A DNA stretch of 64,000 bases from Octopus vulgaris (Eukaryota): NCBI GenBank assembly GCA_951406725.2, contig OX597818.1:59148001-59212000 (forward strand). The letters are read 5' to 3'. This document shows, piece by piece, positions 1 through 12,400 of this stretch. The position numbers and the translations under genes are program-made. Below the pieces are notes generated by a model. It worked only from the letters and a program-made list of their open reading frames with translations. It did not search any database and had not been told where the DNA came from. Each line of letters starts with the position of its first letter. Position 1 is the stretch's first letter.

Positions 1-868
1 GATGATGATGAATATCACGCTGACAACGACGAACACAATAACGATGAGGATGACGATGACAACGACTATTATGAAGTTGATGATGATGATGATGATGATG
101 ATTACTGTCGAAGAGACTAGGCTGTAGGTGGCGCTGGTGGTATTCATGTTGAGAACGGGATCGATAATGATGACATTGACGACGGTGATGATGGTGATGA
201 TAACGACAACGATGTTGTTGATGACGACGGCCATGATTATAACGATGCTGATGCCGAAACTGACCATCACGATGACGATTATGAAGTTGACAGTCGCATT
301 ATTAGTGACCGCGAGGAGGATACGGCTTATCTTGACTTAGATTGATGTTGTTGTAGCTGATGCAGTTGATAACCATGGCAGTGGGGGGGATTATCATCCG
401 TCTTTCGTCGTCGCCTACGTCACCATCATCGTCATCATGATAATTATCATCATCATCATCATCATCGTCGTCGTAGTCGTTGTCATTATCGTCAGCATCA
501 TCATCGTAGTCATTATCATCGTCGTCGTCGTCGTCGTCATCTGCATCATCATTATTATCATCACAATCATCGTCGTCGTCACCTTCATCTCCCTCCTCAT
601 CATAAACATCGTAATCCTCATCGGCATTATCATCATCAGCAGCAGCAGCATAATCATCATCATCATCATCGTCGTCGTCGTCGTCGTCATCATCATCATC
701 GTCATCATCCTCATCATCATCATAATAATCATCATCATCATTATCATCATCATCCTCATCATGAACAGGAGTTACAGGGTCAAGCAACGTGAACGTTAAC
801 CTCCTGCAAAAACGGTTGTATTGATGAGCAGCACTGTTGTGATGATGATGTTGTTGATGACGATGATG

Positions 869-919
<51 letters not shown>

Positions 920-930
920 TTGATGATGAC
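1..930. repeat. Degenerate (GAT/GAC)n and (CAT/CGT)n trinucleotide region in alternating orientation
   Basis: GAT-rich at ~1-300 and ~840-930, CAT-rich at ~390-760; generates poly-D/M/I ORFs. Confidence 0.9.
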
Positions 931-1341
931 AACGAAGACTGCTTCCACAATGCCAATGGTAAGTAGGATGATACCGGATTAAAAGTCTGTGATCAGTACA
1001 TTCGTTTTCTTACCCGCAAATACTCCGGAAACAAAGAGAGACAGCTTGTCGAAGTGGATTTTGCACGAAGGCGGAAGGAAAAGTAAATAACTCGGCTAAT
1101 ATGTTCTGCGTCAATAATATTGCTTCACACCAACGCAGTGAATAATGTCTCCACCTCATAAATCAGTCTCGTCACCAACGCAACCGGCCGAATATAATCA
1201 TCAACTTACAACCATTTCCAACCACAAATACTATAGCCATAAAATATTCTAGCGCGAAAATGACACTATGTGCCGAAAATGGTGTCACACCGTGTTACCA
1301 ACGTCGTTACCGCCGACGCCAACATCATTAACCACAAAGCT

Positions 1342-1520
<179 letters not shown>

Positions 1521-1521
1521 A

Positions 1522-2053
1522 CATTTTGCTAGTGAACACATAGAAAAATGTGCAGGTAACATCAAACCAAATTTTACAGTCTTCCCTTTCTACCAGTGCA
1601 AAAACACAATCTCTCAACTAGAACGCTTAAATAAAGAAACTTTTTCATTGAAAAATACAAAACGCGTCTTACTAAGCACGCATAACCAATTTTTATAGTT
1701 TTACATATTACATCACTGTACATAAATCCCCTACTAAACAAGACCCCCTTTTTTTTAAACCTGTCTCTTTTCTGTACACATATTTTTCCCCAGCCAAAAC
1801 CTAAACAGTTATCTCCCCTACACACAACTATAACAATGATAACAACCAATTACCTCCCTTTACTTGTCAACTTGTAAAATCATTCACTCGTGAATCTCAT
1901 TATAAACAACATGGACCCATTTTCTTCTTAAGAAAAATTATAGTCTCATATATAATTAAACATTGTATCATGAATAGCGATTGCGAAACCGGTCGATACA
2001 TTAAAAATTATACCATAACCATGTAAGTGTGCGTATTTTCCGTTTTTATTTTT

Positions 2054-2056
<3 letters not shown>
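1522..2056 (+). mobile_element. 3' end of a Penelope-like retroelement: GIY-YIG C-terminus, 3' UTR and hammerhead
   Basis: 1522-1685 reads HFASEHIEKCAGNIKPNFTVFPFYQCKNTISQLERLNKETF/(frameshift)FIEKYKTRLTKHA*, resembling the PLE endonuclease C-terminal pattern (H..C, R...E..FI..Y); followed by an HHR motif and ending in (TA)n. Confidence 0.7.
1964..2000 (+). ncRNA. Minimal type I hammerhead ribozyme motif (A3-U8 variant)
   Basis: TGTATC ATGAATA GC-GATT-GC GAAAC CG GTC^ GATACA: 6-bp stem I, palindromic stem III (ACCGGT), GUC triplet. Confidence 0.7.
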
Positions 2057-2103
<47 letters not shown>

Positions 2104-2516
2104 GTATGTGTATGGCTATATATTATTTGGGATCGCCTCGGTCAAGGCTGTTACTTTAACACCATCCAACGTGTGATTATCTAATAGAATTCTCTGCATA
2201 CGTTATAATAGAATTCTATTAAATAATACATAACTGAACTAATTAGTCGATTAATCAGTTAACGACATTCGTTTCTTCTATTTCAAAATTTGTTAGTGTT
2301 TTCAAAAGATAACAATTTTCACAGATACAATACTAAAGTACAATAAAATACACGTAGCATGCAGTAAAAAAATATAATGAAGTTAACAGTGTATATATAT
2401 ATATATATACATATACACACACAATAGCACAATATTGTGTTTAGAATGGAACACCAATGCACTATAATAACAACAATGGACTATAATAACTGATGCAATT
2501 TGATCACCAATAGTTT

Positions 2517-2557
2517 GATATGATATTTCGGAATATAAACATTCCTTCCTCAGATAT
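2517..2557 (-). ncRNA. Degenerate minimal hammerhead motif
   Basis: Minus strand ATAT CTGAGGA A GGAAT..ATTCC GAAA TA TC ATAT; TA is probably a decayed CG. Confidence 0.55.
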
Positions 2558-2589
2558 TCCTAGGAATTTATTCAGAACGCATTGGTGTT

Positions 2590-2870
2590 GCTATAGTGCA
2601 TTATAGGTTGTTTGTGGAAGACCATCAGTCTTCCATGCATACCAGCCTCCCCTCACCGCACCACCAATGTTATCCAAGGGAAAGGCAAAGGGGCCAATAC
2701 AGTTTGGCACCATAGATGGCGCAATTCATTTCTACAGCTGAGTCAACTGGAGCAATGTGAAATAAAGTGTCTTGTTCAAGAACACAACACGCAGCCCGGT
2801 CCGGGAACCGAACTCACAACCTCACGATCGTAATCTCAACGCTCTAACCAATGACACATGCGCCTTCACA
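2590..2870 (-). mobile_element. tRNA-derived SINE; head shared with the 5148 element, different 3' tail
   Basis: A/B-box-like head (GAGTTCGGTTCC) and GTGTTCTTGAACAAGACACTTTATTTCAC core. Confidence 0.75.
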
Positions 2871-2875
2871 TCTAC

Positions 2876-2926
<51 letters not shown>

Positions 2927-4220
2927 CTGGGAGAGAGAAAGGGATAGATATATAAATAGATAGATAGATTGATAGATAGGTACGTAACTTAGTACGGTAT
3001 GTATGTACGTACGTATGTATGAATTGGTCCTGTCCAAGACTAATTCAATAGCATCACTTGGGGGCGATTTGTTCGACGAAATGCTTGAAAGAAATGCTCC
3101 AGCATGACCATAGTCTATGTGTGAAACAAGTAACAGCTAAATTATTTCATGCCTGGTCTATTCCCCTTGTTACAATTATCGTGAAATTTTGTCGAAGACA
3201 AATTTGACTAAGATCGTTCCAATATTGATTAAAGAAGGAACCTATGTCATATGAATTAATTACCGGTCCCCACTTCCTACCTGAATATGTGACGTTGTCG
3301 GTTTGCTCTCAGTGAGTATATACCAACAACTAATCTCAATATTGTCCACCTCTACAACGCCATTGTCAGTCATAACATTCAGAACTGTTGTTAATTGTCT
3401 TTCTTCTTCTCTCAAAGTTCATCAACAACCTCATTACCACCAACACCACCGAGCTCACCACCATTATCTATATCAGTACTACAATTTTATCTACATCATC
3501 ATCTTGACTATCATTTTCAAATCTGTTATTGACACAACCGTCACGTCTTTTCATATGTAAATAAAATAAATAGCGGATATAGGTGGATTCGTTGTAAGTA
3601 AAATTCAATATAGTCGTGTAATAAACATACGTTTCCCGCCGCTATGTAAATATGCCCTGCGGTTAAACATGTTTACATTCAAAAGTATGGTCGCATAGTG
3701 TTTATTTAATTAGCGAGCGTCGTCTACGAACGAGTAAATACGTTTGCTTTGACTGGTGCTGTTTCTCTAATGTTATAAGCTTTTTTTTCTCTCTACATTC
3801 TGTTTCTTGTCGTTTCTGTCATGCTTTGCGCCATATTGCGTAGACATATGAAGCAATAGTTTTGTAGAACTGGAATGAGGTTGGTCTATGAGCATAAATG
3901 ACAGAATATCTGGCAATTATATTCTTCAATATATTCATCAGTTTAAATATCATATAATCCGCAAGTTATATTTTTATTCATATATGGAATGGATACAAGG
4001 GTTCAGCCAACCCGAGGCGTTAAAAATACACACGTTCTCAAGGTGCCAGCTGTGGGACAGAATCCGGAAACACGTGGTTGGGAAGAAAACTTCTTACTGC
4101 ATTTTACATGTTTAACTCCATACATTGGAATGCACTGTTGCAGTTAGTGTGATTCTGAATTTAGCATCCAATGTTTAGAATAATATCTTCGTGAAACTTT
4201 CGAGTGTTATAGACGGACGT

Positions 4221-4550
4221 GTGGAGGTGCACTGGCCCACTGGTTAGGGCAGCGGACTCGCGATGGTGGGATCACGGTTTTGATTCCCAGACCAAGCATT
4301 GTGAGTGTGTATTGAGAGAAAACACTTAAAGCTACACAACGCTCCGGCAGGGGTAGGTGGCGAACCCTGCTGTACTCTTTCACCACAACCTTATAGTAGT
4401 CTTTAGTCGTGTTTCTATTATACCTGTTTCTGGTCCAAATCTGTGTCACGCTGAATTTCCTCGAGAACTACGTTAAGGGTACACGTGTCTGTGGATTGCT
4501 CAGATATTTACATATTAATTTCATCACCTGGAACATTCATCGTCGTAACC
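4221..4550 (+). mobile_element. tRNA-derived SINE family C (OR1-like), degenerate
   Basis: GTGGAGGTGCACTGGCCCACTGGTTAGGGCAGCGG head; matches copies at 56296 and 59915. Confidence 0.85.
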
Positions 4551-4642
4551 AACAGAGTGCCACAATAAATTGCTGCAAGCATATCAATAATAAAAACGAA
4601 ATTTTCAGACAGACTTTTCAAATAAACTTGACTGATGTCGAC

Positions 4643-5022
4643 GGACTCCGTCGGTTACGACGACGAGGGTTCCAGTAGATGCGATTAACAGAACAGCCTG
4701 CTCGTGAAATTAACGTGCAAGTGGCTGAGCACTCAACAGACATGTGTAGCCATAACTTAGTTCTCGTGGAGATTCAGCGTGACACAGCGTGTGACAAGGC
4801 TGGCCCTTTGAAATACAGGTACAACAGAAACAAGAAGAAAAAGTGGGAGAAAGCTGTGGTGAAAAAAGTACAGCAGAGTTCGCCACCACTCACCGCCGGA
4901 GTCGCGTAGAGCTTTAGGTGTTTTTGCTCAATAAACACTCACAACGGCCGGGCTGGGATTCGAAACCGCGATCTTACGACCGTGAGTCAGCTGCGCGAAC
5001 GACTGTGCCGTTGCGCCTCCAC
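4643..5022 (-). mobile_element. SINE family C, full length with TSD
   Basis: Matches the 56296 copy; flanked by TTGACTGATGT / TTAACTGATGT. Confidence 0.9.
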
Positions 5023-5147
5023 TTAACTGATGTAAAACTTGCTAAAAGCATAATTCTGATTCATATGATTTGTGTATGTACACGCCGGAAAAGAAATTTA
5101 CATTATGTAATACATTTGTAGATTGTATATATATATATATATATATA

Positions 5148-5468
5148 GTGAGGGCGCGTGGCTTAGTGGTTAGGGCATTCGGCTCATGATCGTAAGGTTG
5201 TGAGTTCGATTCCCGGCGACGCGTTGTGTCCTTGAGCAAGACACTTTATTTCACGTTGCTCCAGTCCACTCAGCTGGCAAAAATGAGTTGTACTTGTATT
5301 TCAAAGGGTCAGCCTTGTCACTCTCTGTGTCACGCTGATTATCCCCGAGAACTACGTTAAGGGTACACGTGTCTGTGGAATGCTCAGCCATTTGCACGTT
5401 AATTTCACGAGCAAGCTGTTCCGTTGATCGTATCAGCTGGGACCCTCGTCGTCGTAACCGGCGGAGTC
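5148..5468 (+). mobile_element. tRNA-derived SINE with a distinct head and a family-C 3' tail (OK-like)
   Basis: A box TGGCTTAGTGG, B box GAGTTCGATTCC, GTGTCCTTGAGCAAGACACT core; tail matches family C. Confidence 0.88.
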
Positions 5469-5942
5469 TTTAAATCTGTATATTAACGTTTATATAATAT
5501 ATTAGCTACAAGCAAATATGGTATCATCCGGAAATTAGACGAAAAAAATTAGCTTAGAAAGATTACGCAAATCTGATTATTTTCGATATGTTCCGGTGGT
5601 GCAAATTGCTAGATAGGTTTTTACTAAATTTGAACTTCAAATAAGTTCATAATGGAACTTTTATGCGCCAGCAACAAAAAATTCTGAGTTTTTACGTGCA
5701 TAAATGTAGAAAACTGACATTTTATCGACGTATCTGACATTTTAACATCTTTGTCTGCTGACTACCCCGACCAAGTTAACGTTTGCTCTGCCGCATTCTT
5801 TAAATATCGATGTTCTTATAGATGGTTGCTTTTCTAGATGTCAGATTCATTTTGCCTGGTGCAAATGATGTTTATAGTATATATATATATATATATATAT
5901 ATATAGGCACCAACACACGCACACATATACAAATATGCACAC

Positions 5943-5983
<41 letters not shown>

Positions 5984-6126
5984 ATTTAAACAATCAATCT
6001 CGTTAATGTAAAATTAACCGGTTGATTGCATGCTAACTACCTAATAAAATCTGACAGATTTTATCCTCAATTTTTGATATATATATATATGTATATATTG
6101 ATATTGTTTTTGTGTCTCTCAATTTT

Positions 6127-6180
<54 letters not shown>

Positions 6181-6197
6181 AAACTGAGAGACACAAA

Positions 6198-6229
<32 letters not shown>

Positions 6230-6519
6230 TGATATTGTTTTTGTGTCTCTCTGTTTGTCTCAAAGCCGTAGGGCGCCTGTGTCATCCATGTTTTTAACCG
6301 TTACTGTCCCCCAAAAAGATTTTTCGTTTCATGTTTGTCTCTGTTGCGTTTCATTCTTTCCTTCTGTGGCTGGCTGATTCAGAGCGGATCTCAGAATTAA
6401 ACAGCCGAAATCTGCGATGAGGGATTAGTTTCTGGCTGAAGAATGAAGGCTTTGAATGACCCGCTTGTTTTTTTGTTCGTCCCTTCGTGTATTTCACGTT
6501 ATTTATTTATGTAAAGGTT

Positions 6520-6593
<74 letters not shown>

Positions 6594-6990
6594 ATGTGTG
6601 TGTGTATGTGTGTGTGTATGTGTATGTGTGTATGTGTGTGTGTGTGTGTGTGTGTTTCAATACGTTCGGTAGTGATTCATATCGATCTTCTTTGGGATTG
6701 AAATTCAATTGAATCAATCCCAAATAAGTAAAGTACAAAATCTAAACCTCTTTTTCGTTTATATTAACGATGCTTTACGATAAACTTTCATATGGCAAAC
6801 CAATGTTCCGGTTTCAATTCATGGTCTAGCCGCTAACATTTTGTATTGAAATTTAAAGAATGTTTCAGGTGGCGAACTGGCATAATCGTTACCATGGCAG
6901 AAAAACGTGCTTTACAGCATTTCTTTACGTTCGAAGTTCAAATGCTACAGGTGCTGACATTTCATCACTTCGGGGTCGACAAAACAGGTA

Positions 6991-8279
6991 CGAGGGACGT
7001 TCAATAAGTAATGCCTCTGACCAACTTGCAATTGTTTGATCTAGCTGAAATTTTGCATGTGCAATAATTTGTATCTCTATAGAGTAAGTAGAAAATTATA
7101 GCACTGAATTAATTGTGGTTTCTGATTTACAGGTGTTTGAACCGAGTCAAGTGTGAAATGGAGCCTGTTGAGTGTCGAGCAGTGATCCAGTTTTTGTATT
7201 TGAAAGGACGCACACCACCGGAGACTTTTGATGAAATGAAAGTAACTTATGGTGATGATGCCCCATCATATGACCTTGTAAAATGCTGGCATCGTGAATT
7301 CAAACATGGTCGGAACTCTGTGGAAACAGCTCCCAGATCTGGTCGCCCCTTCTGCCATTGATGAGGCATCTGTCCGTCAAGTTGAGGCTGCCATTTTGGA
7401 AGATCGACGCATAATTATTCGCCAAATAGCCCATGAGGTCACGATTAGTACCGGGTCTGTGGAAACTATCATTCATGACCATTTGCATATGCAAAAGGTG
7501 TCTGCCAGATGGATTCCCAGGTTGCTCACGCCTTTCCAGAAGCAAGAACGCGTCGAGTGTTCGAGGGTGAATTTGGAGATGTGCCAAGAAGATAAGTCAA
7601 AATTTTTCAAAAGACTGATTACACAGGATGAAACCTGGGTCCATCACAATGATCCAGAGACCAAAGTCCAGTCAATGCAGTGGAAGCACCGTGACTCACC
7701 CCCTCCAAAGAAGGCAAGGGTGCAGCCCTCCGCTGGCAAGGTCATGCTCACAGTCTTCTGGGACCAGGACGGAGTAGTGATGACAGATTTCCTGGCAAAG
7801 GGTACCACAATTGCAGGAGCCTATTATGCTTCACTTTTGAGGAAATTAAGAGAAGTTATCAAAATCAAGAGGCGGGGCAAGATCAGCAACGGCCTCCTCC
7901 TCCTGCAGGACAACGCTCCGGTCCACAACTCGCTTGTCGCCAGATCAGAAGCACAGGCGTATGGCTATGAACTCCTCCCCATCCCCCCTACTTTCCTGAC
8001 CTTGCACTCTCTGATTTTCACCTCTTCCCAACATGAAGTTGTTTTTGAAAGGAAAGCGTTTCCCAGATGATGCAGCCTTGATTTCTGAAGTCACGTTGAG
8101 GTTGGAGGACCAAGCTGGGTTCTTCTACAAAAACGGTCTCCAGAGCCGCATCAAACGATGGGAGAAATGCGTAACTCTGGGTGGTTCCTGTGTAGAATAA
8201 GACTAATAACTGTGCCAAGTTTCGTTGCTCTACTGCTATGGGAAGTGGGTCAGGGGCATTACTTATTGAACGCCCCTCG
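6991..8279 (+). mobile_element. Full-length Tc1/mariner (mariner family) DNA transposon
   Basis: ~30-bp TIRs CGAGGG(A/G)CGTTCAATAAGTAATGCC(T/C)CTGA; TA duplication at 6989-6990 and 8280-8281; 1289 bp. Confidence 0.97.
7158..8200 (+). pseudogene. Mariner transposase, frameshifted
   Basis: MEPVECRAVIQFL..RSGRP HTH region, WIPRLL, TQDETW, QDNAPVH, YFPDLALSD motifs; frameshifts near 7350 and 7980. Confidence 0.95.
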
Positions 8280-8734
8280 TACTAGTACATTAGTAAAACA
8301 GGTACTAGTACAGGTACATTTGGACCGATGTAATCGATTTAAACCACTCATGCGAAATTGCTGGCCTTGTGTACAAGACTGAAATCAAATTTAAGACTGC
8401 TTACGTAGCTTCTATCTATGATACACATTCTTGAATTTTCTCCTTTCTTCTTTATGTGCCTCAGTTAGTAAACTGCGGCCATGCTGGGGCATCATGTCGA
8501 TGCGTTCTAGTAGAACGAATCGATCACAATGAGCCAGGTGCTTATTCTTACGGTCTCTTTTAACAAACCAATAACTTATAGGCAATTAAACAAACCAACA
8601 CCGGTTAGCAAGCGGTCGTGAGGTAGACACACAAAAGTACACACACACACACATATGCATATATATACACACGCGCACGCACGCACACACACATACGCAT
8701 ATACACACACACACAAAAATAAATATATATTTAC

Positions 8735-9106
8735 GAACAAAACACCCCCCGTCCAATGGACGGTGCTGAGTTGTTAAACATTTATACTAAATTTTCTCAA
8801 AACAACTTGTCCGACCGTCCCATAGTCCTCCCCTTTGAGAAACTCTGATTTAACCTAAATCTGAGGCACCAGAAAAAGAAATAAAGATAGACTTTTTCTC
8901 TTCCAAGAAAAACGATTTTACAAATGCACGTTCTCACGGCTTTATCGATCGCCTTATCACCTGGAATCGATTTTTACAACTTTTCAAGACTTATACACGT
9001 CCCGATACCGTCGATATCTACATATCAAATTTGAGCGCAATCGGATGGGGGAGGCCTGAGATCCTAGAAGATACATACACACACATACAAACAGAACGGA
9101 TTTTAT

Positions 9107-9110
<4 letters not shown>
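8735..9110 (+). mobile_element. Helentron-associated (DINE-1/HINE-like) non-autonomous element
   Basis: 5' palindrome CCGTCCAATGGACGG, CATATCAAATTTGAGCGCAATCGG core, ACATACA tract, TTTTATAT end. Confidence 0.5.
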
Positions 9111-9156
<46 letters not shown>

Positions 9157-9163
9157 TATATGC

Positions 9164-9206
<43 letters not shown>

Positions 9207-9223
9207 TATATGCATATATATAT

Positions 9224-9267
<44 letters not shown>

Positions 9268-9369
9268 TCGGGGTCAGTACTTGATAATTATAAGCACCTG
9301 TGTATACCATTTGGTGGTGTAGGTGGTGGAGTAAATTGATCAAAATAAAAACATGATGCCAAGGATTCA

Positions 9370-9447
9370 GCGGTACATATGTTTCGGGCCTTTATTAGAC
9401 AGATTTATAACAATGCATAATGTATGTCTGTGGCCTTCTTCAGCCGC
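9370..9447 (-). ncRNA. Type I hammerhead ribozyme motif with intact core
   Basis: GCGG CTGAAGA A GGCC..(~41 nt, includes ACAGA/TCTGT)..GGCC C GAAAC ATAT GTA^ CCGC; palindromic stem III ACATATGT. Confidence 0.8.
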
Positions 9448-12400
9448 GCACAACAACTTCCACAAGGACATGTGTTACATCAAAAATTCTTGGTTGGGGA
9501 TGCAAATCCTCTCATTCGCGTACGACATAATGCGGCAACAGCATAGAATTGAAGCGTCCATCTCTTTCTTCTCTCAATGTAGAATGAGGAAATTTGGATG
9601 TTGAAGTAATGTAAATAAATTAATAAATAAATACATATATAGACGTGAAGGAACCTGGTAATAAGAGTAAATAGGGGTAAAGATGGAGGGGCGAGAATTC
9701 AGGACGAAGGATAAAAAATATATAAAAAGTGTAAGTATAGAAAAATATAAAAATGTTGAGTATAAAGATATAAAGAGATATAAGGAGATATAAAGGGGAT
9801 ATAAAGAATATAAAAAAATATAAATGAATATAAAGGTATAAAGTTATAAAGTAAAAATAGAAATAGAAATAAAAGTAAAAAAAATTAAAATAGGAATAAA
9901 AATGATAAAAAATGTAAAAAAATATAAGGATAAGGGATGTATAGTGGTTACGGACCAAACATGGTGGTCAGGAAAATGAGAAAATTCAGTTGTAGAAGTT
10001 TTGGGTGTCAATAAATCAACAGGGGCGTCTGGAGACCTAGTGTATTGTAAATCAGAGCTGTTGAGCAGCTTATCTAGTTCCTTGAATTAAGTGGTCATCT
10101 TGTACATACATACCCGCATGGATACATACACCCATATACACGCGCACATATACGCGCGCATACACAGCTCCAAGCATATAAGCATACATACGTACTCACG
10201 TGTAAACATGTACAGAAACATATATACACCCACACACATGCGCATACATACATACATACAACAGAATATGCGCATATATACACGGACATTATACGTGTAC
10301 ATATATATATTTATATATATATATATATATATATATACATACATATATACACACACACGCACATACACATATACATATACGCATACACATATGCATACAT
10401 ATATGCACATGTATACCTATACATACATACGCATCTACACACACCCATATACACATACGTACGTCCATCCTTACATACACATACACAGATGCCCACACAT
10501 GCAGGTTAGATATAAGATATTAAAAGATGTATATAAGAACGTATGTAAAGAATCACGCACTCACGTCTACACGTGCACGCACACACGGCTGTGTGTCCAT
10601 ATGTGCGTGTACATATACACTTACATACACACACAGAGACATACGCGCGTATAGGTATAGCTATAAGATATTAAAAGATGTATACAAATAGGTGTAAACA
10701 TATGCATATAAGAAATCTGCGAAAACATGTAAAAAAATGTAAAAAAACATGTAAGAAATTTTAAAAAAGTATTAAAGAAAATTATTAGAGAAAATCATTA
10801 AAGAAGAGTAACGGGGTATGCACATCCAGACGTAGATGTTTACTCGTACATATGTACACATATGTATACGTATACATACGTACACGGACGCACGTATAAT
10901 CATAAAGTGGATCCATAGATAAGTAAATAAGGGAGAAGCAAAAAATAGGCATATATAGAGATATAAAGCGATAAGTTAGGGGTAACAATGAGGGTAAGAA
11001 TAAAAATTAGAAATAAAAGTAAGAAATACAATATAAAATAAGAAATACAATATAAAAGTTAGAAATAAAATATAAAAATTATAAGAACTATAAGAATTAA
11101 AATAAGGAATGAAAATAAAAATAAGAATAAAGGTAAAGCGAAATAGAATAGGATAAAGTAAAATAAAAATATAATCGGGTAAAGCTTAACATGAGATGAA
11201 GGAAAAAATTAAAAGGTGGTTGAAAGTGTAAAGTTAAAGGTGTGTGCTAAAGGTGACCACGTAGGGGCGGGGGGAACTGAAAATTGGAAATTGGAAATTT
11301 TCAGTTCCCCCGCCCGCCCCTACGGGGGATATTCCACAAATCTCATTCCTATGCCTATTGGTAATTTACAATCTAAAACTTATATAAAATATTTGCACAT
11401 GTAATTGTAATCTCCTGAATATTCTATATTTCTCAAATTGTTCGGAAATACTAATTTAACGAAAAATTGTTACTTATTTTGCCAACATTCCACTTATTAT
11501 AGGGGGGAGGTAAGTCAACCCTTGCTGTTTGGCTTGCACGTCTTTTATGGCATAAAGAAGAAAGGCAATCGTAAAAAAAAAAACGATTGGTGGTGTTCGT
11601 TCCAATAAATACTTTAAAATAAATTTCTTCAGTGTAGCAGTTTGATGAATATCATAGGCATGATCAAGCAAGATGCCAGCACGTTGACTGTTCCACTAAA
11701 TAAGAAACCGAACTTCAATGTGGATTATGTTGTGGTAGAATAGAAATAAATAAATCAAACTGTATTGTTTCTTTGTTTTTGCAGAGATTTCAAGGTAGTG
11801 AAAAGCAATTGTTATGGAAATGTGAAATTAAAACACACGATGTACAACTCAAGAACGTCAAAAGTTGGAATTTCTCGCTTCTATAACGTTAAAACGGCAA
11901 GATATATAGGCCTGTCGAAACCTCAGAACTGACCCATATCTATTCGTCAAGATATCGGAAATATATAGATTTGTTTGGCTTAGAGCAGGCAGCAAAAAAG
12001 CGGTAAAATCTATCGTGTGGGACTAAGTTGATTTTCCAATATGATCTACGAAATTTTTTTTTCTTGGTTTAATTTACGATGTATGTGAAATGAACAAATA
12101 GTGATAGCGTGTGTAGTATATACACTAATGAAGAAATTAATGATATTAAATGGAATCACCATTTTTTTTCAGAATAGGTCAAAGGTTTTAAAGCGTTCTT
12201 GGGCTCTTTCGTACAAAACAATGGTGCAAAGTTATAACAGCACGCAATCAAGCTTGCATAAGTTTTATAATATAAAAAGCTGGAGGTAATTTTAAAGTCT
12301 AGCTCTCTATATTTTCTAGAGTGCAGAACCATTACTGAAAGCCACGTCGTTTTGTATGTGAATATATGTAAACAATGCTAAGGAAGAGAGAAAATAAAGG

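Larger units (their letters stand above)
6868..8345 (+). mobile_element. Old SINE family B copy split by the mariner insertion
   Basis: Degenerate head GGTGGCGAACTGGCATAATCGTT...TTCGGGGTCGAC lies before the mariner; CGATGTAATCGATTTAA continues after it. Confidence 0.7.

Noticed and set aside
105-124. CTGTCGAAGAGACTAGGCT resembling the U6 hammerhead family
   Set aside because: No GAAA, stem III or family tail; probably chance
302-787. 161-aa poly-Asp ORF resembling acidic biomineralisation proteins
   Set aside because: The same degenerate GAY repeat occurs on both strands nearby with stops; no signal peptide; best explained as decayed microsatellite
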